Origin: Squalus acanthias
Taxonomy: Eukaryota
Length of the DNA: 64,000 nt
Assembly: GCA_030390025.1 (NCBI GenBank)
Contig: CM059438.1
Span: 69,566,001-69,630,000, forward strand
Direction of reading: 5' to 3'
Shown: positions 38,231-50,490 of the stretch, in pieces
How positions within the stretch are numbered: the stretch's first letter is position 1
Layout of the letters: the number at the start of each line of letters is the position of its first letter
The notes under the pieces: generated by a model
Database searches by the model: none
The model's input: the letters and a program-made list of their open reading frames with translations, nothing else
What the model was told of the DNA's origin: nothing
Made by a program: the position numbers and the translations under genes

Positions 38231-38847
38231 AACTAATGAAGAATAACTTATACACAATAGACACTTCTCTTGCTTTACACCACGGTTATTTTTAGAGTCG
38301 GAAAATAATAGCAAGGGAGAGGTGTATTAAAGCTGTAAAACAAAACCCGGAGTAATTACACTAGATCAAAGGATGGCCTGAAGCCGAGCAGTGTGTGCTG
38401 TAAACCTTTCACCGTTTACAAATGGACAAGGAGCTTCGAGTGATCAATGTCTAAAAATATAGGGTTCAAATTGCATGAACATTGTACTCCCAGATCTGAC
38501 GGTGAATGGGAGAAGTCAGCGAATTGCCAGCTTCAGCAGCTATGCAGCACTCAACTGCATTCTGTACAAGTGAAAGCACAGGAAAATGGAAAGCTGCCAG
38601 CACAAAGTGCATCACTGTGATCTACTATTCATTTTTCACCTCTCTTTTTACTTTTCTTTGCGAACATTTTCTCCTCTTCCCCTCATTCTCGCCTCACCTC
38701 AATTGTTGTATTTTGTGGGCACTGGACGTTCTCCAATACCTTCCCCCAAGTGGCCAGTCTTGATGCATGAACCTGGACAGTGTGTGTGTGTGTTTGGGAG
38801 CTATTCTACCAGATCCTCTCCTAACATTTAGAACATTTTACATTGCT

Positions 38848-39200
38848 CGCCCAGTAGCTCAGTGGGCAAATGCACCACCTGGTGTTAAACAGACCCGGAC
38901 AGATGAGTGAGTTCTCAAGGTTTGATCACTGATGTGTGCTGAATTAGGAAACAGCAGGGTCACTACTTTTGGCCTCAGTGACCTTACACAAGAAGAGGGC
39001 AGGAAATTATCCAGGGTGTCTATTCTTGGTCACTTTCCAGTCACCCCGATGGAAAATAGATGCATGAATGCTGGTTGAGGACAGGATTGAGCTCAGCTGT
39101 GACTCCTGCAGTGTTGGGGTTAGGCAAAAGGCAAAACAGCCTGCTACCTCTGTGTTTGGGCTTAAAAGTGCAGAAAGGCTGGGGTACCAGAGGCATTCCT
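38848..39200 (+). mobile_element. SINE-X with tRNA-like head
   Basis: CAGTAGCTCAGTGGGCAAATGCAC (box A), GGTTTGATC (box B-like), shared core. Confidence 0.65.
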
Positions 39201-41660
39201 GTATCCGAGTATGAGATCTCATACTTGGGTGGAGGTAAAGAAGTTAAATTTTGCCATGCCGATCAGGAATGTCCTGGTCTGGTGTGATAGGGATGTTTCT
39301 CTGATCTTTGCTAACAAAGGGGTTGCAATTAAACCAAGATAAGGCAGGACATATTTATATTCCTCTTAAAGATTCTTCTCTGGGCCTGTGATCTTGAAGG
39401 CGTGTTTTCTAACCCTAATGAGGAATGCCTTCATGGTTTAATTCGCATTAGCCCTTTACTTTCTCAGCATTCAATCTATTGACTCCATTTTGAGGACACA
39501 TCGAAGGCAATTCTTTGGGCATTTTTCCTACTACGCCTTTCTCTAGGCTGACACTCCAGCGCTGTACCGAGGGAATGCTGCACTGTTGGAGGTGCCGTCT
39601 TTCGGATGAGATGTTAAACTGTGGTCCCGTCTGCTCTCTCAGGTGGACGTAAAAGATCCCATGGCACTATCTCGAAGAAGAGCAGGGGAGTTATCCATGG
39701 TGTCCTGGCCAATATTTATCCCTCAACCAACATTACTGAAACAGATTAACTGGTCATTATCATATTGCTGTTTGTGGGAGCTTGCTGTGCGCAAATTGGC
39801 TGCCATGTTTCCTACATTTTTTTATTCATTCATGGGATGTGGGCGTTGCTAGCAGGGCCAGCATTTATTGCCCTCGAGAAGGTGGTGGTGAGTCACCTTC
39901 TTGAACCGCTGCAGTCCGTGAGGTGAAGATGCTCCCACAGTGCTGTTAGGGAGGGAGTTCTGGGATTTTGACCCAGCGATGATGAAGGAACAGCGATATA
40001 TTTCCAAGTCAGGATGGTGTGACTTGGAGGGGAACTTGCAGGTGGTGGTGTTCCCATGCACCTGCTGCCCTTGTCCTAGGTGGTAGAGGTCGCGAGTTTT
40101 GGAGGTGCTGTCGAAGAAGCCTTGGCGAGTTGCTGCAGAGTTGTAGATGGTACATGCTGCGCCAGTGGTGGACGGTGTGAGTGTTTAAGGTGGTGGATGG
40201 GGTGCCAATCAAGCGGGCTGCTTTGTCCTGGATGATGTCGAGCTTCATGAGTGTTGTTGGAGCTGCACTCATCCAGGCAAGTGGAGAGTATTCCATCAAA
40301 CTCCTGACTTGTGCCTGGTAGATGGTGGAAAGGCTTTGGGGAGTTGAGAGGTGAGTCATTCACCACAGAATACCCAGCCTTTGACTTGCTCTTGTGGCCA
40401 CAGTATTTATGTGGCTGGTCCAGTTAAGTTTCTGGTCAATGGTGAGCCCCAGGATGTTGATGGTGTGGGATTCGGCGATGGTAATCCATTGAATGCCAAA
40501 GGGAGGTGGCTAGACTGTTGTTGGAGATGGTCATTGCCTTGTGTGGCTTGCCACTTATCAGCCCAAGCCTGAATGATATCCAGGTCTTGCTGCATGGGGG
40601 AATGAACTACATCATTATCTGAGGAGCTGTGAATGGAACTGAACACTGTGCAATCATCAGCGAACATCCCCACTTCTGACCTTATGATGGAGGGAAGGTC
40701 ATTGATGAAGCAGCTGAAGATGGTTAGGCCGAGGACACTGCCCTGAGGAACTCCTGCAACAATTTCCTGGGGCTGAGATGATTGACCTCCATTAATCACA
40801 GCCATCTTCCTTTGTGCTAGGTATGACTCCAGCCAGTGGCGATTTTTCCTCCTGATTCTCATTGACTTCAAGTCAACTAGGGCTCCTTGATGCCACACTC
40901 GGTCAAATGCTGTCTTGCTGTCAAGGGCAGTCCATCTCACCTCAGCTCCTTTGTCCATGTTTGGACCAAGACTGTAATGAGGTCTGGAGCCAAGTGGTCC
41001 TGGCAGAACCCAAACTGAGCATTGGTGAGCAGATTATTGATAAGTAAGTGCTGCTTAATAGCACTGTTGACGACACCTTCCATCACTTTGCTAATAATTG
41101 TGAGTTGGCTTATTGGGTGGTAGTTGGCCGGATTGGATTTGTCCTGTGTTTTGTGACAGGACATACCTGGGCAATTTTCCATTTTGTCAGGTAGATGCCA
41201 GTGTTGTACTTGTACTGGGACAGCTTGGCTAGAGGCACGGCTAGTTCTGGAGCACAAGTCTCCAGCAATACAGCCGGGATGTTGTCAGGGCCCGTAGTCT
41301 TTGCTGTATCCAGTGAGCTCAGGCGTTTCTTGATATCACGTGGAGTGAATCGAATTGGCTGAAGACTGGCTTCTGTGATGGTGGGGACCTTAGGAGGAGG
41401 CCGATATGGATCATCCACTTGGCACTTCTGGCTGAAGATGGTTGCCAATCTTCAGCCTTGTCTTTCGCACTCACGTGCTGAGCTCCACCATCATTGAGGA
41501 TGGAAATGTTCATGGAGCCTCCTCCTCCCGTTAGTTGTTTAATTGTCCACCACCATTCACGACTGGATATGGCAGGGCTGCAGAGCTTTGTTCTGATCCG
41601 TTGGTGTGGGATCGCTTAGCTCTGTCTATAGCATACTGCATCCGCTGTTTAGCATGCATA

Positions 41661-42182
41661 TAGAATCAATTTAGAAGGAGACCATTTGACCCATTGTGCT
41701 GTACCCGCCGAAAAAGTGCTACCCAGCCTAATCCCACTTTTCAGCTCTTGGTCCGGAGCCTTGTAGTTTACGGCACTTCAAGTGCATATCCAAGTACTTT
41801 TTAAATGTGATGAGCATTTCTGCCTCTACCACCCTTTCAGGCAGTGAGATCCAGCCCCCACCACCCTCTAGGTGAAAAAAGTTCTCCTCAGCTCCCCTCT
41901 AATCCTTCTACCAATTACTTTAAATCTATGCCCCCTGGTTATTGACCTCTCTGCTAGGGGAAATAGGTCCTTCCTATCCACTTTATCTAGGCCCCTCATA
42001 ATTTTATACACCTCAATCAAATCTCCCCTCAGCCTCCTCTGTTCCAAAGAAAACAACCCCAGCCTATCCAATCTTTCCTCTTAGCTGAAATTCTCCAGTT
42101 CTGCCAACATCCTCGTAAATCTCCTCTGTACCCTCTCTAATGCAATCACATCTTTCCTGTAACGTGGTGTCCAGAACTGTAC
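41661..42182 (-). mobile_element. CR1 3' fragment nested in the family B LINE
   Basis: Minus ORF 41868-42071 LGLFSLEQRRLRGDLIEVYK. Confidence 0.88.
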
Positions 42183-42268
42183 TGTGTTGTACCTTTACTA
42201 GATTGGCACTTCATTTTAAGGTATGCCAGGTGCTGCTCCTGGCATGCTCTTCTACACTCCTCATTGAA

Positions 42269-45200
42269 CATAGAAACATAGGAGCAGGAGTAGGCCATTC
42301 GGCCCCTCGAGCCTGTTCCACCATTTAATGAGATCATGGCTGATCATCCAAATTCAGTACCCTGTCCCTGCTTTCTCCCCATATCCCTTGATCCCTTTAG
42401 CCTTAAGAAATATATCTAACTCCTTCTTGAATATATTTAATGAATTGGCCTCAACTGCCTTCTGTGGTAGAGAATTCCACAGGTTCACCACTCTCTGGGT
42501 GAAGAAATTCCTCCTCATCTCAGTCCTAAATGGCTTACCCCCTATCCTTAGACTGTGACCCCTGGGTCTGGACTGCCCTGCCATCGGGAACATTCTTCCT
42601 GCATCTAGTCTGTCTAGTCCTGTTAGAATTTTATACGTTTCAATGAGATCCCCTCTCATTCTTCTAAACTCTAGCGAATATAAGCCTAATCGACCAAATC
42701 TCTCTCCATACGTCATTCCTGCCATCCCAGGTATCAGTCTGGTGAATCTTCGCTGCACTCCCTCCATGGCAAGAACATCCTTCCTCAGATAAGGTGACCA
42801 AAACTGCACACAATACTCAAGGTGTGGTCTCACCAAGGCCCTGTACAACTGCAGCAAGACATCCTTGCTCCTGTACTCGAATCCTCTCGCTATGAAGGCT
42901 AACATACCATTTGCCTTCTTAACCGCCTGCTGCACCTGCATGCTTACCTTCAGCGACTGGTGCACAAGGACACCCAGGTCTCGTTGCACTTCCCCTTTTC
43001 CCAATCTATTGCCGTTCAGATAATAATCTGTCTTTCTGTTTTTGCCAGCAAAGTGGATAACCTCGCATTTATCCACATTATACTGCATCTGCCATGCATC
43101 TGCCCAATCACCCAACCTGTCCAAATCATACTGGAGTTTCTCTGCATCCTCCTCACAGCACACACGCCCACCCAGCTTTGTGTCGTCTGCAAACTTGGAG
43201 ATATTACATCTAATTCCCTCGTCTAGATCATTAATATATATTGGGCCAAAAATTCATCCCGCGACGCGAGAGTACGCAGTGCGTACTCTCGCGTATTCTC
43301 TCTCCAATTGCCGGTTTTCTGCATGCCCTGCGCATGCGCTGAAAACCGGCACTTGGTCTTTTGAAAAGGGGGCGGTTCCTCGGTGCATCGCGTGCGCGCT
43401 ACAGGCTGCGCGCACGCTGTGCACTTCATGCTTTGGACGCGCAGGTAAGTACGGAAGATTTTGGAAATGGAAAAAGGAGGAGTAAGACCCACTTTTAACA
43501 AGGTAAGTAGTGAATTAAGTATTTTTTTGAATTTTTTTTAACAGGTATATCTTTTTTAGAGACTTTAAAGACAGGTAAGTTTATTTTTATAACTTTTTAA
43601 AAGATTTTAAATTTTTTCAAAAATGTAATTTTTTATTTAAAATGGTTAATTTATTTAACTATACTTATTTTATTAATGTGATGGTTTTTTTTTTAAATTA
43701 ATTGAGGTTTAGCTGTTATTTTGGGGGGGTGTAACATTCATAGATTTCACAGCACGTATGTGAAACTTATGAATGGAAGATGGTGTGCTGCCATTGGCTC
43801 TAACTGAGTCACGTGATCCCACAGCTCGCACGAATTAACTACGCCGGTAGGATACGCAAGCACTGCCCAGCTGATGTCTGGAACATCAAGTTCGTGCGAG
43901 CTGGATCTGAAAAAGCACAAGCGGAGTGAGAGATCGCGGGGAAGCCTTACCCCCGCGGGAACAGAGCGAGATCAATTTCTGGGCCATTGTGAATAGCTGG
44001 GGTCCTAGCACCGATCCCTGCGGTATCCCACTAGTCACTGCCTGCCACTCGGAAAAAGACCCATTTATTCCAACTCTTTGCTTCCTGTCTGCCAACCAGT
44101 TCTCTATCCAAGTCAGTACCTTACCCCCAATCCCATGTGCTTTAAATTTGCACGCTAATCTCTTATGCGGGACCTTATCGAAAGCCTTCTGAAAGTCCAA
44201 ATACACCACATCCACTGGTTCTCCCTTATCTATTCTACCAGTTACATCCTCAAAAAATTCCAGTAGATTAGTCAAGCATGATTTACCTTTTGTAAATCCA
44301 TGTTGACTTTGTCCGATCCTGTCTCTGTTTTCCAAGTGTTCTGCTATTACATCTTTTACAATGGACTCTAGCATTTTCCCCACTACCGATGTCAGGATTC
44401 CCCATTTTCTCTCAACCACCTTTTTTAAATAGTGGGGTTACATTAGCTACCCTCCAATCCATGGGAACTGTTCCAGAGTCTATAGAATTTTGGAAGATGA
44501 CCAGCAATACATCTACTATTTCTAGGGCCACTTCCTTAAGTACCCTAGGATGTAGATTATCAGGCCCTGGGGATTTATCGGCCTTCAATCCCGTCAATTT
44601 CCCTAACACCATTTCCCCACAAATACTGATTTCATTCAATTCCTCCCTCTCATTAGAACCTATGTTCCCTGACATCTCTGGGAGTTTATTTGTGTCCTCC
44701 TTTGTGAAGACAGAACCAAAGTATGCATTTAATTGGTTTGCCATTTCTTTGTTCACCATTATAAATTCACCTGATTCTGACTGCAAGGGACCTATGCTTG
44801 ACTACACCAATCTTTTTCTCTTCACATATCTATAGAAGCTTTTACAGTCAGTTTTTATGTTCCCTGAAAGCTTACTCTCATATTCTATTTTCCCCCTCTT
44901 AATTAATCCCTTTGTCCTCCTTTGCTGAATCCTAAACTGCTCCCAATCCTCAGGTTTGCTGCTTTTTTTGGCCAATTTATATGTCCTCTCCTTGGATCTT
45001 ATGCTATCCCTAATTTCCCTTGTTAGCCATGGTTGAGTCACCTTTTTTGTTTTATTTTTATGCCAAACAGGGATGAACAAATTCTGTAGTTCATCCTTGC
45101 GATCTTTAAATGTTTGCCATTGCCTTTTACGATAGAATCCCCTATCACTATAGCTCTCCCACTCTTTTTCCTCCCGTCCTGTGCAGCAGAACCACCCTTG

Positions 45201-46067
45201 TGCCAGGAAGTTGGCTGCTGCTGCCTTCCCCCGATAAGCCATCACCCTGAACAATATCCAAATTGGTATATCTGTTTGAGACGGGGATGACCACAGGGGA
45301 CCCCTGCACTACCTGCCTGCGCCTACTACTCTGTCTGGCCATCACCCATTCCCTTCCTGCCTGTGCAGCCTTTACCAGCGGTGTGACCAACTCATTAAAC
45401 GTGCTATCCACGATGTCCTCAGCATCGCGAATGCTCCAGTATGTATCCATTCGCAGCTCCAGCGCCGCAATGCGGTCTGCCAGTAGCTGCAGCTGGATAC
45501 ACTTCCCGCACACATGGTCGTCAGGACACAGGAAGTGTCCCTGATTTCCCACATAGTGCTGGAGGAGCATGCCATGGGGCCGAGCTGTGCTGCCATGACT
45601 TAGCCTTTAACTAATTTAGATTAAATTAAATCAAATCAATACCACTAATTACACTACAATTAAATGATATACTCAAGGGCCCTTATTTACTAGCACTCCC
45701 TGCTACACAGCAGAGACCTTAGAAAGTATAACCACAAAAATTAAGACCTTCTAAACTTTATAAACTATTAACCTTAACTGTCAAACTATAGCGTAGTATA
45801 AATACTCACCTGGCCGTACTCACCCATTCAGCTGTTTCCTCTTGCCCGCGTCACTTTTTGAATCGTGACGTGGCTCTGGAATGCCACCGCCGGTCTGCGA
45901 GATTGGTAAGCCTCTGAAAAAAGCCTGCGAAAGTTAGTTTAAATACTCACCTTTCTCTCCTGTTGCTCCTGACACCGGCCTTGTTCTCTCCTGTTGCTCC
46001 CAACACCGGCCTCTCTGGGGACTGGGCGGGATAAAGGTGCAATGGCGACTGCTCAGAGTGAAGGTGC
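42269..46067 (-). mobile_element. CR1 LINE with its 5'UTR, internal deletion of the ORF1 end and endonuclease
   Basis: Minus ORFs 42354-43163, 43886-44419, 44412-44786; ORF1 start MAAQLGPM at 45596; ORF1 joined to mid-ORF2 at about 45125; sister of 28577-32513. Confidence 0.95.
43243..43985. mobile_element. PIF/Harbinger-like MITE (family B) inserted in the CR1 RT
   Basis: TIR GGGCCAAAAATTCATC / GATCAATTTCTGGGCC; TSD ATT confirmed by the empty site in the sister CR1 at 31521-31553. Confidence 0.92.
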
Positions 46068-46902
46068 AACCAGGGTTGGCTTGATGGTAATGGTAGTTTA
46101 ACTACACTTCAAAAGTATTTTATTGGCTGTAAAGGGCTTTGGGACGTCCTGAGCTCGTGAAAGGCGCTATATAAATGCAACTCCGTCCTTCCTTCCTTCC
46201 ATCCTCCCCTCCCTGTCAAAGCTCATACTTGAAAAATGTCCTTTTTGAGCCATGTACTGGAAGGCAGCCAAGACTTGTAGAACAATGCCTCATGAGTGAG
46301 TTCCGAGAGGAGGAAATGAGGCAAACAAAGAAAAGTGGCAACTAAAATAATAGAATTGAAAAAATATTTTGCCATATTAATGTAAAATATAAAATTTTGT
46401 TTTCCCAAGTGTATTGAATATGACTATATGATTGAATAGCAGCCTGCATAATAATGGGAAACTGAAGGTAACAGGCTATGAGAAGTCTCCTCACCAGTTG
46501 AGCTGCCAATTCTGCTCTCCTTGCAATGATACAAGCAGTTGTCCATTGATGCTTAATGACTTCTTTCCTTGATTACTTAGTGCCTCCCCAGTGTGTAGCA
46601 CTGTGCACCTTTTGCTTTAAACTCCATCTGCGTCTCTTTGTCAGTTTGAGAGCTGCATTCCCTGGGGCAGTAATTTCTTTACTTCACATGCTGTTTTCCA
46701 GTGCCTCTCTCCACCTTTTCCTCTAATATTGTTCCTACATTGTTCTTCATAGCGCATCACATTCTCAAGTGTGTAGTTCGTGACATTAGCAAAAAAACCC
46801 TCATTATTGGGAACTATCTGGTCTGATGCATAGATTGCTGGAAACCCCCTCATGGCCAGTTGAAATGACGCAGGTGTTGTGGTGTTTCAAAACTTAGTCC
46901 AA

Positions 46903-47213
46903 ACAACAATTTTCATTTATGTAGTGCATTTAACGTAGTAAAATGTCCCAAGGCACTTCACAGAAGCGTTATCAAACAAATTTTTACACTAAGTCATAAA
47001 ATGAGCTATTATGTGGGGACCAAAAGCTTGGTAAAAGAGGTAGGTTTTAAGGAGTGTCATAAAAGAGGAGAGAGAAGTAGAGAGGCGAAGAGGTTTAGGG
47101 AGAGAATTCCAGAGCTTCGGGCCTATGGAGCTTAAGACAGGGCCGCCAGTAGTGGAGTGAGGAAAATCAGGGATGCGCAAGAGGCCAGAATTGGAGGAGC
47201 GCAGTTATCTCGT
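46903..47213 (-). mobile_element. L2 3' fragment
   Basis: (AAC)n tail; minus ORF GPKLWNSLPKPLRLSTSLSSF. Confidence 0.85.
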
Positions 47214-47700
47214 TGTGAATAAACTTTATAGCTTGAAAAAGATCTTTGGTTCCTTTAGTTTCTGAGCCTGGCTGACGGTAGAAAGGTTCTGGAATATACA
47301 TTTTTGGATAAAGATGCGCAGCGTTTATTGGTTTTGACTTTGTAGCTTAAAAACAAAGGATTAAGTTAAGACCTACGCAGCAGGGCATTGGCATTAATCT
47401 GGTGGAAATCGCTTGAAGAGAAACTCCTGACTTTTTCTGCCGGTAATCTAATGCTTCCTGACACATGCTGATACATGCTATGTTGCTGGGTAAACCTTTT
47501 GTGCTATACACTGTTAAAGGAATCCTAAGTAGTAAGCTAATGGTAATGGAATAACTTGAAGATTTCCATGGATTTTATTCTTTTTTGTTAAATCATTTTG
47601 TCAATAGAGCGCTGCACATCCATAGTTTCTTAGTTGAGCTAGATACTTAGGGGTAAGGAAAACAATTGTGGGTCAGCACTGAGGGAAAATTAAATTCCTC

Positions 47701-47747
47701 CATCTTGGCAGATGTTGCATCTTGGCAGATGTTGCATCTTGGCAGAT
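47701..47747. repeat. 17-bp tandem repeat, about 2.8 copies
   Basis: (CATCTTGGCAGATGTTG)x2 + CATCTTGGCAGAT. Confidence 0.9.
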
Positions 47748-50023
47748 AGCTATGATGGGAGGTCCCACCCATCACTCCATAGGTTTCGAAACAGGTGAAT
47801 CCATGGAAATATTGAGGTCAAGGACACTTTAATATTCTGGAATCATTCAGGCAGATTCTAAGCACTGGTAACAACACTGAAGCAACTGTGCATGCTCAAG
47901 ATCTGTACAGGCCAGCAATGTAATAAAACACATTGTGGGTCTGTACAAGCAGGCTTAAGAGCTTCGCCCGGCCACAACCAACATGAAAGGTGGCATTCAC
48001 CGTCCAACCCCAAATGCACCACCATTCGTGTATATTTGTCTCTGTGCATGAGGAGGCCCCTTTTGAGATGTGCCTCAGTGTGTCGGGAGGCAGTCCTGTA
48101 ATATAATTGGTACAAATCAGCAAGGAGTGAAAGACTGGATGACTCTGACATGTTGATTTAAGTGGAGCCACAGTTAAACAACAACATTTCCGTGCAGTCG
48201 TATCCCAGAAGACCCAGAATCGAGGAGCAAAGTTTTTTGTTATGTAGTTGATTATTACATTCCTGTTTCTTTCACATTTCATAATAACCTATTATTACTC
48301 TGAGGTAAACATCTACACTAAATGAATGAAACCATTTACGAAACAAAATGACAAGTTAAATATATCTTGAAGCAAAGCAAATGTTGCAAAGTAAGTCTTG
48401 ACAGATACTTATGTTAGCTGCCTTTTAACCCAAAGAGATTTTACGCAAGAGTGGATTTTTTCCCACTGTCACACAGTTCCCCTGTGTGTTACATTTTTTT
48501 CCCTCCACAGAGATAACTTGTGCAACCTCTCTAAGGAGTAAACTGGGCAACAAAAATGGTAATAGGGTTTGACTACATTTAGGGTTGTCAGTTATTTCTC
48601 CAGCAAGTTATCAAATCCTAGTAGATTATTGATGGCACTAGTCCTATTAAGTCAGAGCATATACTGTTTACAAGAACTGGGGTGTTCTACCATATAATAC
48701 AGAATATATTATTCAGCTGCTAAGATGGAACTGTTTGTATCCTGGCCCATTACTTTAAGGCCAGGTAATCTAATTGCTGTGAATAGGCATATTCTGAGGT
48801 AAATTAGAAGCAGCTTGCTTTTTTACATATTTAAAAAAATATATTCTGCTTGTTCATTTGTAGGTTTCCTGTCTGTTCAGTTGTGATCTGTTGCTGTTTA
48901 TGAAGGATATTTGAGTCAATGAGTGACATTTTCAAGCAAGATAGATTCACTTCTTATGATAAGTTAGAGGATATGCTGTTCTAAAGGGGTCAGGAGCACT
49001 AGACCATTAAGTACAAGTGCGTAACTTGGCTGTCTTTCTCGGGTGTAATTGGTGTGTTTTATTTAGGTCAGTTAAAGGCTGGTTGGCTTTTCTTTTTTTT
49101 ATATACCTTCATTAAGTGTGATTGTTGAAGTCAGTTGGAAACTATTTGCTGTTGCTGGGGACTTTCTCTGTAATTTAGAAATGGCTGTCTTTCTTTTCCT
49201 TTTATCAGCTTGTTGTGCCTCTGTAACAAAATATGACACTTATAAGTGTGTCACCTGTAATGTGATGGATGCATGTTAGATGCACAACTTACTTCCTGTA
49301 GAACATCCCGACCTGTTTCCCCCCCCCCCCCATGAAACAGCTTTTCTTCACATTATTTCTGCAACATCACCCTGTCACGTTTAAACTTCCTATTTGTTGC
49401 AGTTACCTCTGATTGGATCCTTCTCACCACATGACTGACTCCATCACTGAGTCCTCCCAGCTCTCACTTTGCACCCCTGAGCTACGTGGCACTGTGAAAG
49501 TTGGGCATCCAGCCTGTTGTTATCTCCTGCCTCTTCTCCCGAATCTCTCCTGCCACCTCCTCACCGCCCTGATTTGTGGTGGTCTTTCCTACACACCTGC
49601 CCGCCACTCGCCACTCACCATTCCCTGCTGCCACTTCTCGCTGCCCCCTCCTATGATTGCTTGTGCCTTCCCCCTTCCCTACTTTCTCCAGCTGACCCAT
49701 CTCCAGAGTAGTACGGCTGCTTTTATTTTCCAGCCACCGGGATGTACTAAGGTAATAGAAGCTGCGAAGAACTTCAACCAGTTTCTGGGTTGTGGCTGGA
49801 AACACGGTAACGGTGTCTTTTGGGGGGTGGGGCGGGACGAGTTTGCACGCAAGCAGCTTACCTGGTTTAAAACAAAATTGGTTTTCTCGGATTCCAGCTC
49901 TTCCAATCTGGCAGGTTCACAATGGGATTACTGCTGCCTGCACTAGACCCTCACTTTGGGAACTGGCCGTGCAAACATCCCATTGACCTTGACAATAAAA
50001 AGCAAAACTTCACCACAGCAGTT

Positions 50024-50490
50024 ACATAGGGACAGGAGTAGGCCATTCAGCCCCTCAATTCTGTTCCGCCATTCATTGAGATCATGGCTGATCTGTATCT
50101 AAACTCCATCTACCCGCCTTGGTTCTGTAATCTTTAATACACTTACCTAACAAAAATCTATCAATCTCAGTTTTGCAATATTCAATTGACCTAACCTCAA
50201 CAGCTTTTTGGGAGGAGAGAGTTCCAGATTTCCACTACCCTTTGAGTGAAGAAGTGCTTTCTGAAATCAGCCCTTCACAGCCTAGCTCTAATTTTGAGGT
50301 TATGCCCGCTTATTCTGGACTCTCCCACAAAAATAAATAGTTTCTCTCTATTTACCCAGTCAAATCCTTTAATCATCTTAAACACTGCAATTAGATCACT
50401 CCGTAATCCTCTATATTCAAGGGAATACAAACCTCGTCTATACAACCTGTCCTCAGAATTTAAGCTTTTTAGCCCTGTTATCATTCTGGT
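50024..50490 (-). mobile_element. CR1 3' fragment
   Basis: Minus ORF 50275-50517 (TRMITGL..GLYSLE..LRSDLI) and CR1 tail. Confidence 0.85.

Larger units (their letters stand above)
39817..46098 (-). mobile_element. Non-LTR family B LINE (pieces 39817-41660, 42183-42268, 46068-46098)
   Basis: Minus ORFs with AFDRVWH, GVPQGSVLG, FADDCT, GPDNIP; QPW|FNEECRRAC is split by the CR1 at 42269-46067. Confidence 0.88.
39543..46200 (+). mobile_element. Deu-domain SINE split into 39543-39816 and 46100-46200 by about 6.3 kb of nested insertions
   Basis: GCCATGTTTCCTACATT ... ACTACACTTCAAAAGTA join to reproduce the SINE sequence seen at 13870-13915. Confidence 0.8.

Noticed and set aside
47701..47747. CRISPR-like short repeats
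   Set aside because: Head-to-tail tandem repeat with no spacers, no cas genes, eukaryotic context.
47858..49946. ORFs of 97-177 aa
   Set aside because: No motifs; low-complexity or chance ORFs.
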